The translations under genes were made by a program, and so were the position numbers. From contig NC_042997.1 in assembly GCF_006345805.1 (NCBI RefSeq), positions 179,056,001 through 179,120,000 of the forward strand: a stretch of 64,000 nt of DNA, in the 5' to 3' direction. Shown in pieces: positions 39,726 through 51,534 of this stretch (position 1 is the first letter of the stretch; every line of letters begins with the position of its first letter). The notes beneath the pieces are model-generated. The model was not told where the DNA came from. It saw only the letters and a program-made list of their open reading frames with translations, and made no database searches. This stretch comes from Octopus sinensis (lineage: Eukaryota).

Positions 39726-39820
39726 CATTTAGTCACGAGGTGTTTCAAGGATTTACCGGCATATACAGGAGAACACCATCGGACATGTATTTGTTTTATT
39801 CTGACCTCATCAGTAAAATA
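39726..39820 (-). ncRNA. Hammerhead-like relic with a long stem-II loop
   Basis: Minus strand reads tttta-CTGATGA-gg...cctt-GAAA-CACctcGTG-AC-taaat. The core is perfect, but U16.1 is replaced by A and stem II is weak. Confidence 0.3.
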
Positions 39821-40599
39821 TCGAAAATGATTTTAATACTTACATTCTCTATATACCTACCATCTATAAGTTAGAAGTAGATCAATGTAATGTTTGATTT
39901 AATTTGTATATTTTGTTGTGATGTTACTGACAAGGGACTAGAAAAATTCATTATAGCAATCGAAAAACTCGCATGGGTTATCAATTATTGCAGTGTTTGA
40001 TGTCTGATGCTCCACTAAGTCTCTGGAATAAGAAATTAGATATTTCTAGTGTAATTTATTTCATTATAAGCGACTTATTAGTGTGACAAGGGAGTTGGTT
40101 AGTCGTAGTGCCAGTAGATTTAAACTTCATAAATATATAAATGATGTTCCATCTGATGGAAAATCTTTTTATATTGATAGTGTTGATAATCGTGCCAATG
40201 ATGACGATGGTGAGGAGGACGATGATGATGGTCTTGGTAATGGCGATGATGATGATAAGGACTGTCACTGTGATGTTCATGATAATTAATATCATTTCGT
40301 ATCTCTATAGAATAATTCTACTCTTCTACGCAAGTTTGCAATATCTTTGTGATGTCATTCAAACCGTGGAAACAACAGGAGGGGATGCAATTACTTACAC
40401 ACACACACACATACGTGTGTGAGTGTTTGCATGCGTATGTCCGTGCATGTATATAGATATAATCTGGTGATTCATGATTTGGACAATTCAGTAGTATCTA
40501 GTCTCAGTCAAAGTCTTTCCAATTTTTCATTCACTATGAACATTTTTCTGCAAATTTTGTTACCAATCTTCTGAAGCATTTGATCTTTCACATTAATGA

Positions 40600-40740
40600 G
40601 AAAGAGATTTGAGTCTTTCTGCATCAGCCTGAAACTAAAATCAAACTCTTTCATGATGTGCAAAATGCATGAAAGTATCTAAAATAATGAACGCGAGAGA
40701 ATATGCTGCCTTTCGCATTCTTCTTGAACTAAAAATCTTG
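40600..40740 (+). mobile_element. Possible mariner transposase relic
   Basis: EKEI*VFLHQPETKIK loosely matches the mariner DETW...Y.PETK.QS motif. Confidence 0.3.
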
Positions 40741-41446
40741 AAATCCTTATTAGTAATAGAGCTGGACCTATTACTAAATTTATAACTACTCCAATATTAA
40801 CCTCTTCTTATGTTAACAGGTATAGTTATAAAAATTATATGCGTCTCTGTTCGGTTTTGACAGTGAATATTCAGTTGTGCGATAAAGTGTACAACCTGAA
40901 CCAAGGGTATATCTAAAGTATTCCACAGACACGTAAACCCCTAATGCAATCCTCCAGCAGAATCATCGTAGCCTCCGCGCAGTTGCTGTCAACACAATTT
41001 CATTCAGAATGCTAGGTTAACATGAGGCCAAAGCCACAGACAGTTGCCAAAAACGTCATGCAGTGACAGGGAGCCTAAACACTCATGATTGTGAAGTGAG
41101 CGTTTTAAATCTTTGATCATACTACATCCATTGTGTTTGTATATAGACACACTCTCAGGCATACATTCATCCATGTACGAGCATACATATACAAATACGC
41201 GTATAACTTTTTATACGACTAGATATACTCCAGTCTACTGACATTTTATATATATATATATATATATAATTGTGTTACCTTCAGATTTGTTCTTGATATA
41301 TCATACATCCAGCTAGATGGCACTTCGTTCTACACTGCTTCATCCTATCAATTTTATGTCACAGTCTTGACATTACTGTTGCAATTGGCTAAACTATTTT
41401 TGAGTGTCAGCACATTCTATAGGTGACCAGAACAGAAAGGTTCAAG

Positions 41447-41742
41447 GCGGCGAGCTGGCAGAATAGTTAGCACACCGGGCGAAAGGCTTAGCATTATTTG
41501 GTCTGCCCCTACGTTCTGAGTTCAAATTCCGCCGTGGTCGACTTTACCTTTCATCCTTTCCGGGTCGATTAAATAAGTACCAGTTATGCACTGGGTCGAT
41601 AAAATCGACTTAATCCGTTTGTCTGTCCTTGTTTGTCCCTTCTGTGTTTAACCCCTTGTGGGTAGTAAAGAACTAGCTATTTCGTCTGCTGTTTGTCCCC
41701 TCTATGTTTAGCCCCTTGTGGGCAATAAAGAAATAAGAAATA
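41447..41742 (+). mobile_element. SINE family 1a with a partial second unit, (AAGAAAT)n tail and 18-bp TSD
   Basis: TSD agaacagaaag(g/a)ttcaag at 41429-41446 and 41743-41760. Confidence 0.93.
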
Positions 41743-43282
41743 AGAACAGAAAGATTCAAGTTGAAAACGGTCAGAAAACTAAGTACATAGAATATATTCC
41801 TTAGTGGAAGAGTCTACAATACACAAATGATAACTTCAATCTTTAGTGATATAGACTCACGAAAGCCAAAATAAATTCCGGCGAAATATCCTGTATTGAG
41901 TTCGGAAGTTTCAAAGGTAATTTTCAGTTCAGAAAATATAAACGTGTTACTAATTGCGCGAAGAATATCATGGCAGTCTAACATTCTATCTGCATTAAAT
42001 ACCTTTACAACAGGAATAATGAAAAACATTATATTATTGGAGGTGATTGCATTGGCAACATATTTTTTATAGAGTGTTTGCATAGAGAGCAATACGGAAC
42101 TGTATATGGCAGTAAGGTTACAGTTCAGAAGTCCAAGGGACTTCCGCTTGATGAAAGGAAACTTGGTCACCACCATTTCCGGATCTGCTCTTTCCAGGGT
42201 GGTAGTATATCTTGTGTGTTAGTAGATATACCACATAAGATTCGGAAGAAGACTGCCTCCCCTCCTAACATGTAGTACACAGGCCCACCGGCTTGTAGCC
42301 ACGATTTTACGTCACGTGAAAACGTCCCTCTGTCTAAGAGCACGTTGCTCCGAGTCGAAAGAACAGGAAACTAGTATAGTACATGTTACATAGACTAGCA
42401 GAAAGCAACTAGAAATTATTGTTTTATATTTCCCAAGAAAAATCGTAAATCAGCAGACGTTGTTATCAAGGTCGACGACCATCAACAACTGTAAGAATTT
42501 CATAGGTAGAGAGAGAGAGAGAGAGACGGTAATAGCCATGAATGCATTAAATAACAATAATATTAACAAAATCTTCGAAATGTTACCTTAGATATATAAG
42601 AATTATTTCTGATATTTCGAGTAGAATTTGAGAAGAAAATACGCCATGCTTTAGGGAAAAAATATATCATGCTCGTATCACTAATGGTTTTAACCGCTAA
42701 CAGAGAAAGGAAATATTTTGGAGAACGGTGTTGTCAAATTCATGATCCCCAACTCTTGCATTGTTGTTATTTCATAGAAATCTGAATAATGATGGAAGAT
42801 TTCAACTCCAGTGGGACTTGGACTATAAGTGGAAAGAATCACTTCTAATGGCGCGTTATCGATTTTTGCTATTTGCCACACTTACAACAATAATATGCTT
42901 TACTACGTATCCACAGGGTCACAAAGTTAGCGAATGTATATAGTCATTAAACAGGCCACAATACGTATTGGGTATAAATTTTAATGGCACCAAAACCATG
43001 ATGACGAACTCCCAGAATTAAAGGCCGGCAATTACTGCAGTTTAAAGGGTTTTGATTCCCAAACAAAAGCAAAATATCGATTCCTTACGTACACACAGGC
43101 CCTCACATTTGCAGGAGGGCTATAGCCGATTATATTGACCTTATTATTTTAGTCTTCTTGCAATGGTGATCTATGAAATTGATTTCATAAGGTTTTGAAT
43201 TCAGAAAGTAAAGATCTATAATAAAATATTGCAGGGCATTCTGACCGAGGTCCTAATGATTCTGCAAATTCCGTACCCCTTC

Positions 43283-43370
43283 AATACTACTACTATTACT
43301 ACTACCACTACTACCTGCCTATAAGCTCACTACTACTACTACTACTATTACTACTACCTGCCTATAACCT

Positions 43371-43420
<50 letters not shown>

Positions 43421-43533
43421 GCTGCCTATAACCCCACTACTACTACTACTACCTGCCTATAACCTCACTACTACTACTACTACGATGATTATGATGGTAG
43501 CAGTAGCAAGAACAACAATAATGAAATGATAAC

Positions 43534-43580
<47 letters not shown>

Positions 43581-43640
43581 CAATGGTAACACTAGCAGTA
43601 GTTGCAGTAGTAGCAGCAGCAGCAGCAGCAGCAACAGCAG
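43283..43640. repeat. (CTA)n minisatellite with a cctgcctataacctca spacer (4 copies), followed by complementary (TAG)n/(CAG)n
   Basis: Seen directly in the sequence. Confidence 0.92.
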
Positions 43641-43980
43641 AATGATAATATTATTGTCACTCAATAATAATAAAGGCATTAACCTTCATCAAATTTCGAC
43701 ATTCTTTCTACACCAGACTTAATCTGTTACTACATACCACGCAATCCTCTTAGAATATGTATATTGCCTTATTTCCTTTACACACATCACAATCTTCAGA
43801 TAATTACTTGTTATTCACCTAACGCTTATGTATTTATGTCTAAGTACCTAATTACATATCTGTGACATATGCATAATACATACATATATACATACGTACT
43901 TACTTACAAACATATACAAACATACATACATATGTATTTTTATAAATGTGTACGCGCGCGTGTGTATATATGTGTGCATG

Positions 43981-44067
<87 letters not shown>

Positions 44068-44939
44068 AATATATATATATATATATGTGTGTGTGTGTAT
44101 TCACATATACATATATATACATACATACGTACATGCATGCATAAATACATTTTTTGTCTGCATCTATATTTCTGAACCCTCTGAATATGTTTGTTGTACA
44201 ACAGCATCATTTGACTCAGTGTACACGTTGTTTAAATACCAGCCTAAATAGCGATGGTGTATATTACAACTCTATCAAAACAAAGACAGTTTGACCTAGA
44301 GACTACCTAGATATACTCTAGAACAAAATTTCGACTCCTGGAACATAGCATAGTATGATCAGTAATGCCATGTTGCTAAAAAGAAACATCACCAAACCAG
44401 CAGTAAGCAAATCTTTGAATCTGGAAATATAAACAAGTCTTTAAAGTTAGCACAATGAGCGCTTAAAGCAAAAGTTGAATTCACAGCGACGTTAGAATCT
44501 TAACAAAATGCTTGGCGGTATTTGTTCCAGTTGGGTACATTTGATTTTAAATATTTCGTAGATCAGCTTTATTTTACCATTGCCAAAAAGTAAATTATCA
44601 ACATGAGAAGGAATCGGTTTAATCGGCTGCCAACTTGTGACAATATACAATGTGTTAGCATGGTGCAATAGAGAACAAAACTACGACAGAAATGACTCAC
44701 TTTCGGCGCGCAAGTTACACTACTAGCTATTTGTAATAGTTTTTATTACTGTGAAACATAACTCATAAAACACGAATCCCATAATTCACTTACATATACA
44801 CACTCTCTTAAGGTGGATTCTATTCAGAGAAAAAAAAAGGATAATGCAAAAGAAAAATCCTCTAAAAGACTGAGGTGTTATAAGAAATGTTTTTTTACTA
44901 TTTTCATCTCCATGTTCTGATTCGAAAGTTGATTATGAT

Positions 44940-45560
44940 AACTGATCGCATCGGCAAAAGAAAAACAATAGGTGTACGAGGAAGTAAGCGTTCGCTAATT
45001 CAACTCGTCTTTTCTTTTATAAATTCTTTTAGGTGAGGTTCACCACATTCCCCGTAATTTGTATCAGTTCTTTCCGACACGGAAGTACGAATTGAATGAA
45101 AACCCGGCTCAGCGATCCAGCAATTTACAACACTATGCCACGGCATGGATTTGCCTCTCCATGTAGTAACCCGCAAACCCACCACTTGTCCCGGATTAAT
45201 CTTTGCTGCTGCAATGCCTCCTGAACACTTTTTTCCATAGATATCAGACACCACAACTGTAACGTCGACTGCGTTGTCTTGCGTCGAGCGACACAAACTG
45301 GTTCCCACAGGTAAGCTTTAACTCTGGCCACTGAGCATATACAGCCGCGGATTTTGCCTATTTTCTTCTAAAAATAGGGTCGAAACCGGGTAATTTGAGA
45401 ACATTTATAAATATCGAGCCCTTTTACGTACCCACTCACGTTAACTTTCTGAGTCACCTTTTACACAACACCCGTAACAAATTTGTCTAGTCAACGCTTT
45501 CCATAAGGCCAGCGAATTGTTTCCTTATTGCAATAGAGCTTGGGAACACGAGTGCTTCCT
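44940..45560 (+). promoter_or_regulatory. CpG-enriched unique segment with a strong splice donor; possible promoter or non-coding first exon
   Basis: Many CpGs relative to the flanks and CAG|GTAAGC at 45310/45311. No open frame spans the whole 45033-45310 segment. Confidence 0.35.
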
Positions 45561-46151
45561 TCAAACTTACATATATCTTCCGTAGCACCATTCAGAAATT
45601 TGGGCGCTTGGTTTGCTTTGTTTAATTCCTGCGTTGTTTTATCTTATCATTCCTATATAAGCCACCACCAGAAAAGAAAAAGACTGTGGCTGTGTTAATT
45701 CTCATTGAGTCATCACTGAAAGATTGCTGCTTTGGGACAAAGTCAGTCATACTGTAAAGCATAATACACAAGGAATGATTTATTTACACCAGCAACACAT
45801 TGCTCTAACATTCATCGACGACGAGCAGTGTAAGTTCAGCACCAGAGTTGAATACTAGTCAGGAATAGGAGCACACTGTGCACTGCTGTGAGAAAGACAA
45901 ATAATTCGATTGACTTTGTTTCTAGTTGTGTGCTCCATCATAATTTCCCTTGTACATCCGTATTCTACTGGAATTAATGATTACTGCTAGAAGCAGTATT
46001 CGCACCAAAGGACACCCTTTACTATCCCACATAACATAGATTTCTTGTTAGAACACCGAATACTGTGTTATTAGATATGAGAGCTCCTCTCGTATAAGCG
46101 CTTGGTGCATAAACGCACACACATAGCTCGTAGGAGACGAGCATCTCTGTC

Positions 46152-47375
46152 ATGTGCGCCGGAATATACCACATTGAAGATGTACTCAAAGCCTTGGGAA
46201 CAGGTTCGAACTCTGACATCATATATCTTGACTTCAGTAAAGCGTTCGACAGGGTAGACCATAATATTCTACTCTCAACATTGGCAAATGTCGGAATCCG
46301 TGGAAAAGTTCTACACTGGATTATGTATTTCCTGGCGAATAGAACACATGTTGTAGTTGATGGAGTCCACTCAAACCCAGCAAAAGTCACCAGCTGTGTT
46401 CCCCAGGGGACTGTTTTGGGTCCGCTACTCTTCATAATTTACATAAACGACCTTTCCAGTGTCGTAAATTACTGCAAAGTGAAAATATTTGCTGATGACA
46501 CTAAGCTCCAGCAAATCGTCAATGAAGAAGCAGACCGAACTCAACTCCAGTCTGATCTATATGCTGTGAGTCAATGGGCAGACAGAAACAAAATGCAACT
46601 GAATGAGGGGAAATTTGAGCTGATGCATTTTGGAAGAAATTCCTCACTAAAACAACCATACTCTCTTCCTTCAGGGGAACCGCTCACAGCCACTAACAAT
46701 ATCAGAGACCTGGGTGTAATTGTTGATGACGATCTCAGTTGGAGTGCACACATCAACAAGAATGTCGATATAGCTCGTAGGATGAGTTCCTGGATCTTAA
46801 GAACTTTCCGGTCCAGAGAGCAAGGTGTCATCATACCACTTTTTTCCTCCTTTGTACGGCCACACCTTGAATACTGCTGCCCACTGTGGTCTCCCCATAC
46901 AAGACAAAACATCTCCAGAATTGAGTCACCCCAGAGGGCACTCACTAAACTAATTGAAGGCATGGCTGCTCTCGATTATTGGGATCGCCTTAAAGCCTTG
47001 AAACTTTACTCCCTCCAGCGTCGCCGTGAGCGCTACGTCATTTGTACGATGTGGAGAATATACCGCCAACTTTGCCCAAACGACCTAAACATTAGCTTCA
47101 AGGTTCATCCAAGACTGGGACCACGGGCCATACCTCCCCTGCCCAATTCAAGATCACAACATACATGTACACTGCAACATAATTTCTTTTCCTCAACAGG
47201 CCCTGCCCTATTTAACATTGTCCCGAGGGAGATCAAAGAGGAAAAGGATCCCATCAACTTTAAACGGAGTCTGGATAGATTCCTTCAAAGAATACCAGAT
47301 AAGCCACCCATAATTGGATACAACTCACCCAACAAGAACTCACTACTTGAACAAATCTGGATACAACTCACCTAA
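46152..47375 (+). CDS. CR1-type LINE ORF2 fragment (reverse transcriptase plus C-terminal domain), 5'-truncated and uninterrupted over 407 aa
   Basis: YLDFSKAFDRVDH, VPQGTVLGPLLF, FADD, DLGV, RPHLEYCCPLWSP and LKLYSLQRRR motifs. The ATG start probably lies outside the element. Confidence 0.95.
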   Translation: MCAGIYHIEDVLKALGTGSNSDIIYLDFSKAFDRVDHNILLSTLANVGIRGKVLHWIMYFLANRTHVVVDGVHSNPAKVTSCVPQGTVLGPLLFIIYINDLSSVVNYCKVKIFADDTKLQQIVNEEADRTQLQSDLYAVSQWADRNKMQLNEGKFELMHFGRNSSLKQPYSLPSGEPLTATNNIRDLGVIVDDDLSWSAHINKNVDIARRMSSWILRTFRSREQGVIIPLFSSFVRPHLEYCCPLWSPHTRQNISRIESPQRALTKLIEGMAALDYWDRLKALKLYSLQRRRERYVICTMWRIYRQLCPNDLNISFKVHPRLGPRAIPPLPNSRSQHTCTLQHNFFSSTGPALFNIVPREIKEEKDPINFKRSLDRFLQRIPDKPPIIGYNSPNKNSLLEQIWIQLT

Positions 47376-47520
47376 CAAGAACTCACTACTTGAACAAAAC
47401 TTGACTTAAACGAAACTTGACTTAAACAGGATTCGAATAATCCTATCAGGTGGTGCTATTAAGTTAGACATGGCCTGGACCAATCTTTGGTCGAAACATA
47501 TCTAAGTTTATCTAAGTTTA
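46165..47520 (+). mobile_element. Young 5'-truncated CR1-type LINE copy including its 3' UTR
   Basis: RT ORF plus a 3' UTR ending in the tandem tail tctaagttta x2. Confidence 0.9.
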
Positions 47521-47695
47521 TATATATATCAGGTGATTTGATGCTATAGAATATCATCAGTGGAAAGTGTCTGGTCACTGGATGCCGAAGCTCGCTGCTA
47601 CGATATAGAGAATATTAACATCTTTCCAGACAGTTATGTCGCATATAGACAGCAGCCTTATTAAAAATTTATTTTCACAGATATAAGCAGTATTA

Positions 47696-47738
<43 letters not shown>

Positions 47739-47864
47739 AAATAAGCACGCATGCATACACACCGATACGCATATACACACGCGCACACACTCACATATAT
47801 TAATTTCTACATGCATAAAGGGAGAGAGATAAAGATAGAGAGATGGTACAGAGTGAGAGAGAAG

Positions 47865-47968
<104 letters not shown>

Positions 47969-47982
47969 AAGAGAGAGAGAGT

Positions 47983-48210
47983 GTGTTCAAAAAGTCTCTC
48001 CGCAGTAAGTATTTAAATATTTTCGGGTGATTCTTGTACACCGATCCTTTATTTGCTCCCCAGAAAAAAAAAGTCTGGCGATTTTTAAATCAGGTGATCG
48101 TGGTGGCCTAAGTCCCTTCGAAATAATACGTCCACCGAAAAATTCTTGAAGTTGCGCCATGGTAATGCGCAGGATGAAAACCAGTTACTGCGGAGAGACT
48201 TTCTGAACAC
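47983..48210. mobile_element. Tc1/mariner-derived MITE (internal deletion derivative)
   Basis: 26-bp TIRs with 1 mismatch (gtgttcaaaaagtctctccgcagtaa / ttactgcggagagactttctgaacac). The minus-strand interior reads QEFFGGRIISKGLRPPRSPDL..PDFFFWG..VYKNHP. Confidence 0.9.
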
Positions 48211-48582
48211 GCTGTTTTTGTGAGTACAGCTGTGTATAAATTGATATGTCTACCACTAAGCTGATGTCAGTGTAGTTATTTTTACATTTACTTTTTACTG
48301 GATGATTGAATTTATGTGTATGTGTGCGTGCCTATACGTGTCTGTGCATCGTTGGAGGTGTATATATGTGTCTCTGCGTGCGTGCTTCACGTTGTATGCG
48401 TACGAAATGTTCGTATATTCTATTAAGGCAAAGATTACTTATTCGAATGTCATCGACTTGTTATACATTTAGGTCAAGGAACCTCGAGCGAATACACGTA
48501 AGATTAATACATATATTTGCGTGAGTTCACATGTGCGCTTCTCTCTTTCTCTATCTATCTCTTACCTCTCTCTGTTTCTCTG

Positions 48583-48614
<32 letters not shown>

Positions 48615-48894
48615 AATACACACACACACAAAAATACACTCAGAAATATCGAAATATGCATGCATACATGCACATACGTATTTATGTGCTCCGCCTCATG
48701 CATGCACACATATACATACATACACACATATATACATATATGTCAAAATGCATGACTTTCATTCCTTCTCTATATATTTATACACATATATATATGCATG
48801 CATATATATAAATATATATATATATATACACGCATATATTATGTGTACATGTATTACATATATGTATGCGTGTGATCTGTATCAGTGTTTGTAC

Positions 48895-48952
<58 letters not shown>

Positions 48953-48976
48953 GTATATATATATGTTTGTGTGTGT

Positions 48977-49211
48977 GGAGGCGCGTGGCCTAGTGGTTAG
49001 TGTGTCAGCATCATGATCGTAAGATTGTGTTTTCGGTTTCTGAACCGGGTGACGCGTTGTGCTCCTGAGCAAAACACTTCATTTCACGTTGCTCCAGTCC
49101 ACTCAGTAGGCAAAAATGAGTAATGCTGTGATGGACTAGCGTCCTGGGGAACACATACGCCATAGAAACCGGGAAACCAGGTCCATGGGCCTGGCTAGGC
49201 TTTAAAAAAGG

Positions 49212-49217
<6 letters not shown>
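48977..49217 (+). mobile_element. tRNA-derived SINE family 4
   Basis: ggaggcgcgtggcctagtggttag (A-box), degenerate B-box, and a gttgtgctcctgagcaaaacactt central domain. Confidence 0.85.
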
Positions 49218-49280
<63 letters not shown>

Positions 49281-49281
49281 T

Positions 49282-49574
49282 CTTATAAATAAGGGCAAAC
49301 GAAAAACTTCCTAATGCCAAATATGCCGAAAATTGGACATATTGTCCTTTTACCATATACTTCTTTTCCCAGTACGCACGCTATTCGAAAAAAGGTCGAC
49401 AGAAATCTCAAAAAAAATTCCATTATTACCATATCGGACCGATTTCAGGGTTAGTTAAAAAAGAACCCTCCCTTCGTCAGTGATACATGTGGCAAAGAAG
49501 TAAATGAGATACTTACTCATACCCATGTCCAATTTTCGGCATTAGAAATTTTTTCGTTTGCCCTTATTTATAAG
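49282..49574. mobile_element. MITE with ~50-bp TIRs
   Basis: cttataaataagggcaaacgaaaaa..tgccgaaaattggacat versus its reverse complement at 49525-49574; the left arm has a 9-nt insertion. Confidence 0.88.
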
Positions 49575-49829
49575 TTGTTTGTAATTTAACCTTTAAAGGT
49601 ATTTTTTAATATGCTGGCCATTGATAAAAGTTTTTTTCGAAAAAAATTTATCCTACATTATATATAAATATATATATAGTCGCCATGATAGATCGTTAGC
49701 TACTACACACATTTTTTCTCTCCTTGTTCTAAAATATATATAAATATATATATATATATATAGTAGTGCACGTGTTGAGTGGATGCAGTAAAATAAAATA
49801 CGCCACATAGAAAATAAAAACTCACCTGT

Positions 49830-50560
49830 TGCTTGATCATTATGATTCAACAAGGGTTTGGTTTCTCTTATAACATACTGGCCCACTATAGTTGATCAAG
49901 AAATGCTTTCGTAAGAATTTGTCCAACAAATAATAGAAGAGTTATACCTTGGTAGTTTCCACAATGTATACAATCTCCTTCTCTGAATATTATTAGAACG
50001 ATAGGAATGGCTTTTAAATATGCAGGTTCTTTGTCATGTTTCCACAAATATAGGAAGGGGTTTTGAATCTTAGCGCAGAGGATATAACTTCCATATGTTA
50101 TAAGTTCCAGAGGCTTATATTTTATCGGTCACAGCATTTGAATAAATATCGCAAATCATTTTTCCCGACGATCTAATGATCTGCCAATCTCCATGTTCAA
50201 TTGTTAGAAAAGATAAGAATTTTTTCTGGCAATTATATTGAGCAATGTATTTTTCAGTAGCATCGATGCTCCGTCGTTTCTTGTTAATGCAAAAATAAAA
50301 CGTCTTTAATATTTTGTGTTAGATATGAAAGTTTGAAAGGGATTTCCGAATCCCTTTCAAATGGTATTATCAAAATAAAAAGGACCCTAGGACCCTCTAC
50401 GCATTTGCTCAACTCACTAGAAATTGTAACCAAGTCTCCCGGTTGTAGCACTCTTCCATTGTCTAGTCTAATCCAACTAATATTAAGAGATCGAAAAGCT
50501 GGAAGGTTAAATTTAAACAACATCGATAATAGGCGTGGCCGCTCACTACTGGGCTGTGGT
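49830..50560 (-). mobile_element. Decayed RTE-clade LINE, pre-RT and RT N-terminal region
   Basis: AIPIVLIIFREGDCIHCGNYQGITLLLFVGQILTKAFLDQL matches RTE IF.KGD..CGNYRGI.LL...GKIL; the upstream VEGPR resembles VYGP. Confidence 0.75.
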
Positions 50561-51534
50561 TAAACAGAAATAAACTACAAGACAGACAACATATAAATGA
50601 AATTCATATGAATATAGAAAGTAAGTCACGGACAGATTTAATTGGGAACTTGCATCTGCTGTACATAGATCATCGGCTAGATGAGACGGCCGAGGTTATA
50701 GTCTTTTAATCTTAGGCGAAAAGAGATTTGGTGAGGTTTATGAAATATTATACCTGCGTGCGCTACTGATAAAGTAGTAATAATATAATGGTTTGATTCA
50801 GTCAACTATAACACTTTAATACAAAAATGATGTCTTGTGAAAAATTAGTATTTATAAGCATAAAACTGGTATCATCTAACATCTTGACATTTATGTTCTA
50901 AAAACAATGTAAGCACTTTTTGTTCCGCTGTTATTTTCTACATAACATCGTATCTAATTTCGAACGAATATTAGTATGCATAAGGGGGTATGTTGAAATA
51001 TTTTTTTTATTTTCTGTCTTGCTGTGTAAGCATGAAGTGTAAGTTATGTTTTGTGAGATTATAAAAACAGGCGATATGACTTTCATAACTTTTGCACAGA
51101 CGATAGCGTCATAACCAAAATTAAATAGCTAGAAAGGATAATTGAAACTTCACTGAAAGAGCCTAACCCCACGTAGATTGAATCTGACTCTACTATGCAT
51201 GTCATTTTTCAATTATATTTTATTATATTTTCCAGTACTCACAGTATGGAAAATGATGATAAAATCTAGTTGGCAGGTTTGAACTCAGAGCTATAAATGT
51301 TATATGTATGAATTACACGAATTGCCAAATGCTTTGAAATCTAATACTTAAGTGCCAGTTTTGCTGAGCTAAAAAAAACCTATATGATCGACAATCGTTG
51401 CATTCTAATTCTCATATCGTATCCAGTGAAGCAAAATATAAAAATAGAAAGAAAATCCGGAAAAGCAAACATCTAAAGACTAGAAAGGTATCGTGACGTA
51501 TCTTTTAACATTCTCTCATTGACGTACTGGTTTC

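Noticed and set aside
41814-42176. 120-aa hydrophobic ORF (possible GPCR fragment)
   Set aside because: No diagnostic motifs beyond FFIIP and no convincing splice context.
43283-43480. Repeat-spacer pattern as a CRISPR array
   Set aside because: The context is eukaryotic, the spacers are simple (CTA)n and there are no cas genes.
44690-44830. Cluster of minus-strand splice-like sites
   Set aside because: They imply a 43-nt intron and tiny exons; such sites are common by chance in AT-rich DNA.
46022-46963. Minus-strand ORFs of 137 and 130 aa
   Set aside because: They are antisense shadows of the CR1 RT ORF.
48977-49050. tRNA-like heads here and in the other SINEs as tRNA genes
   Set aside because: The A/B boxes run into SINE bodies and no complete cloverleaf forms.
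49820-49832. Perfect minus-strand donor CAG|GTGAGT
   Set aside because: It sits at the edge of the RTE relic with no open upstream exon frame; probably chance.
50284-50563. Overlapping ORFs with a faint resemblance to a cadherin repeat (plus) or an RNase Z or Ig segment (minus)
   Set aside because: Key motifs are missing, and the minus strand continues directly into clear RTE RT motifs, so a LINE relic explains the region better.
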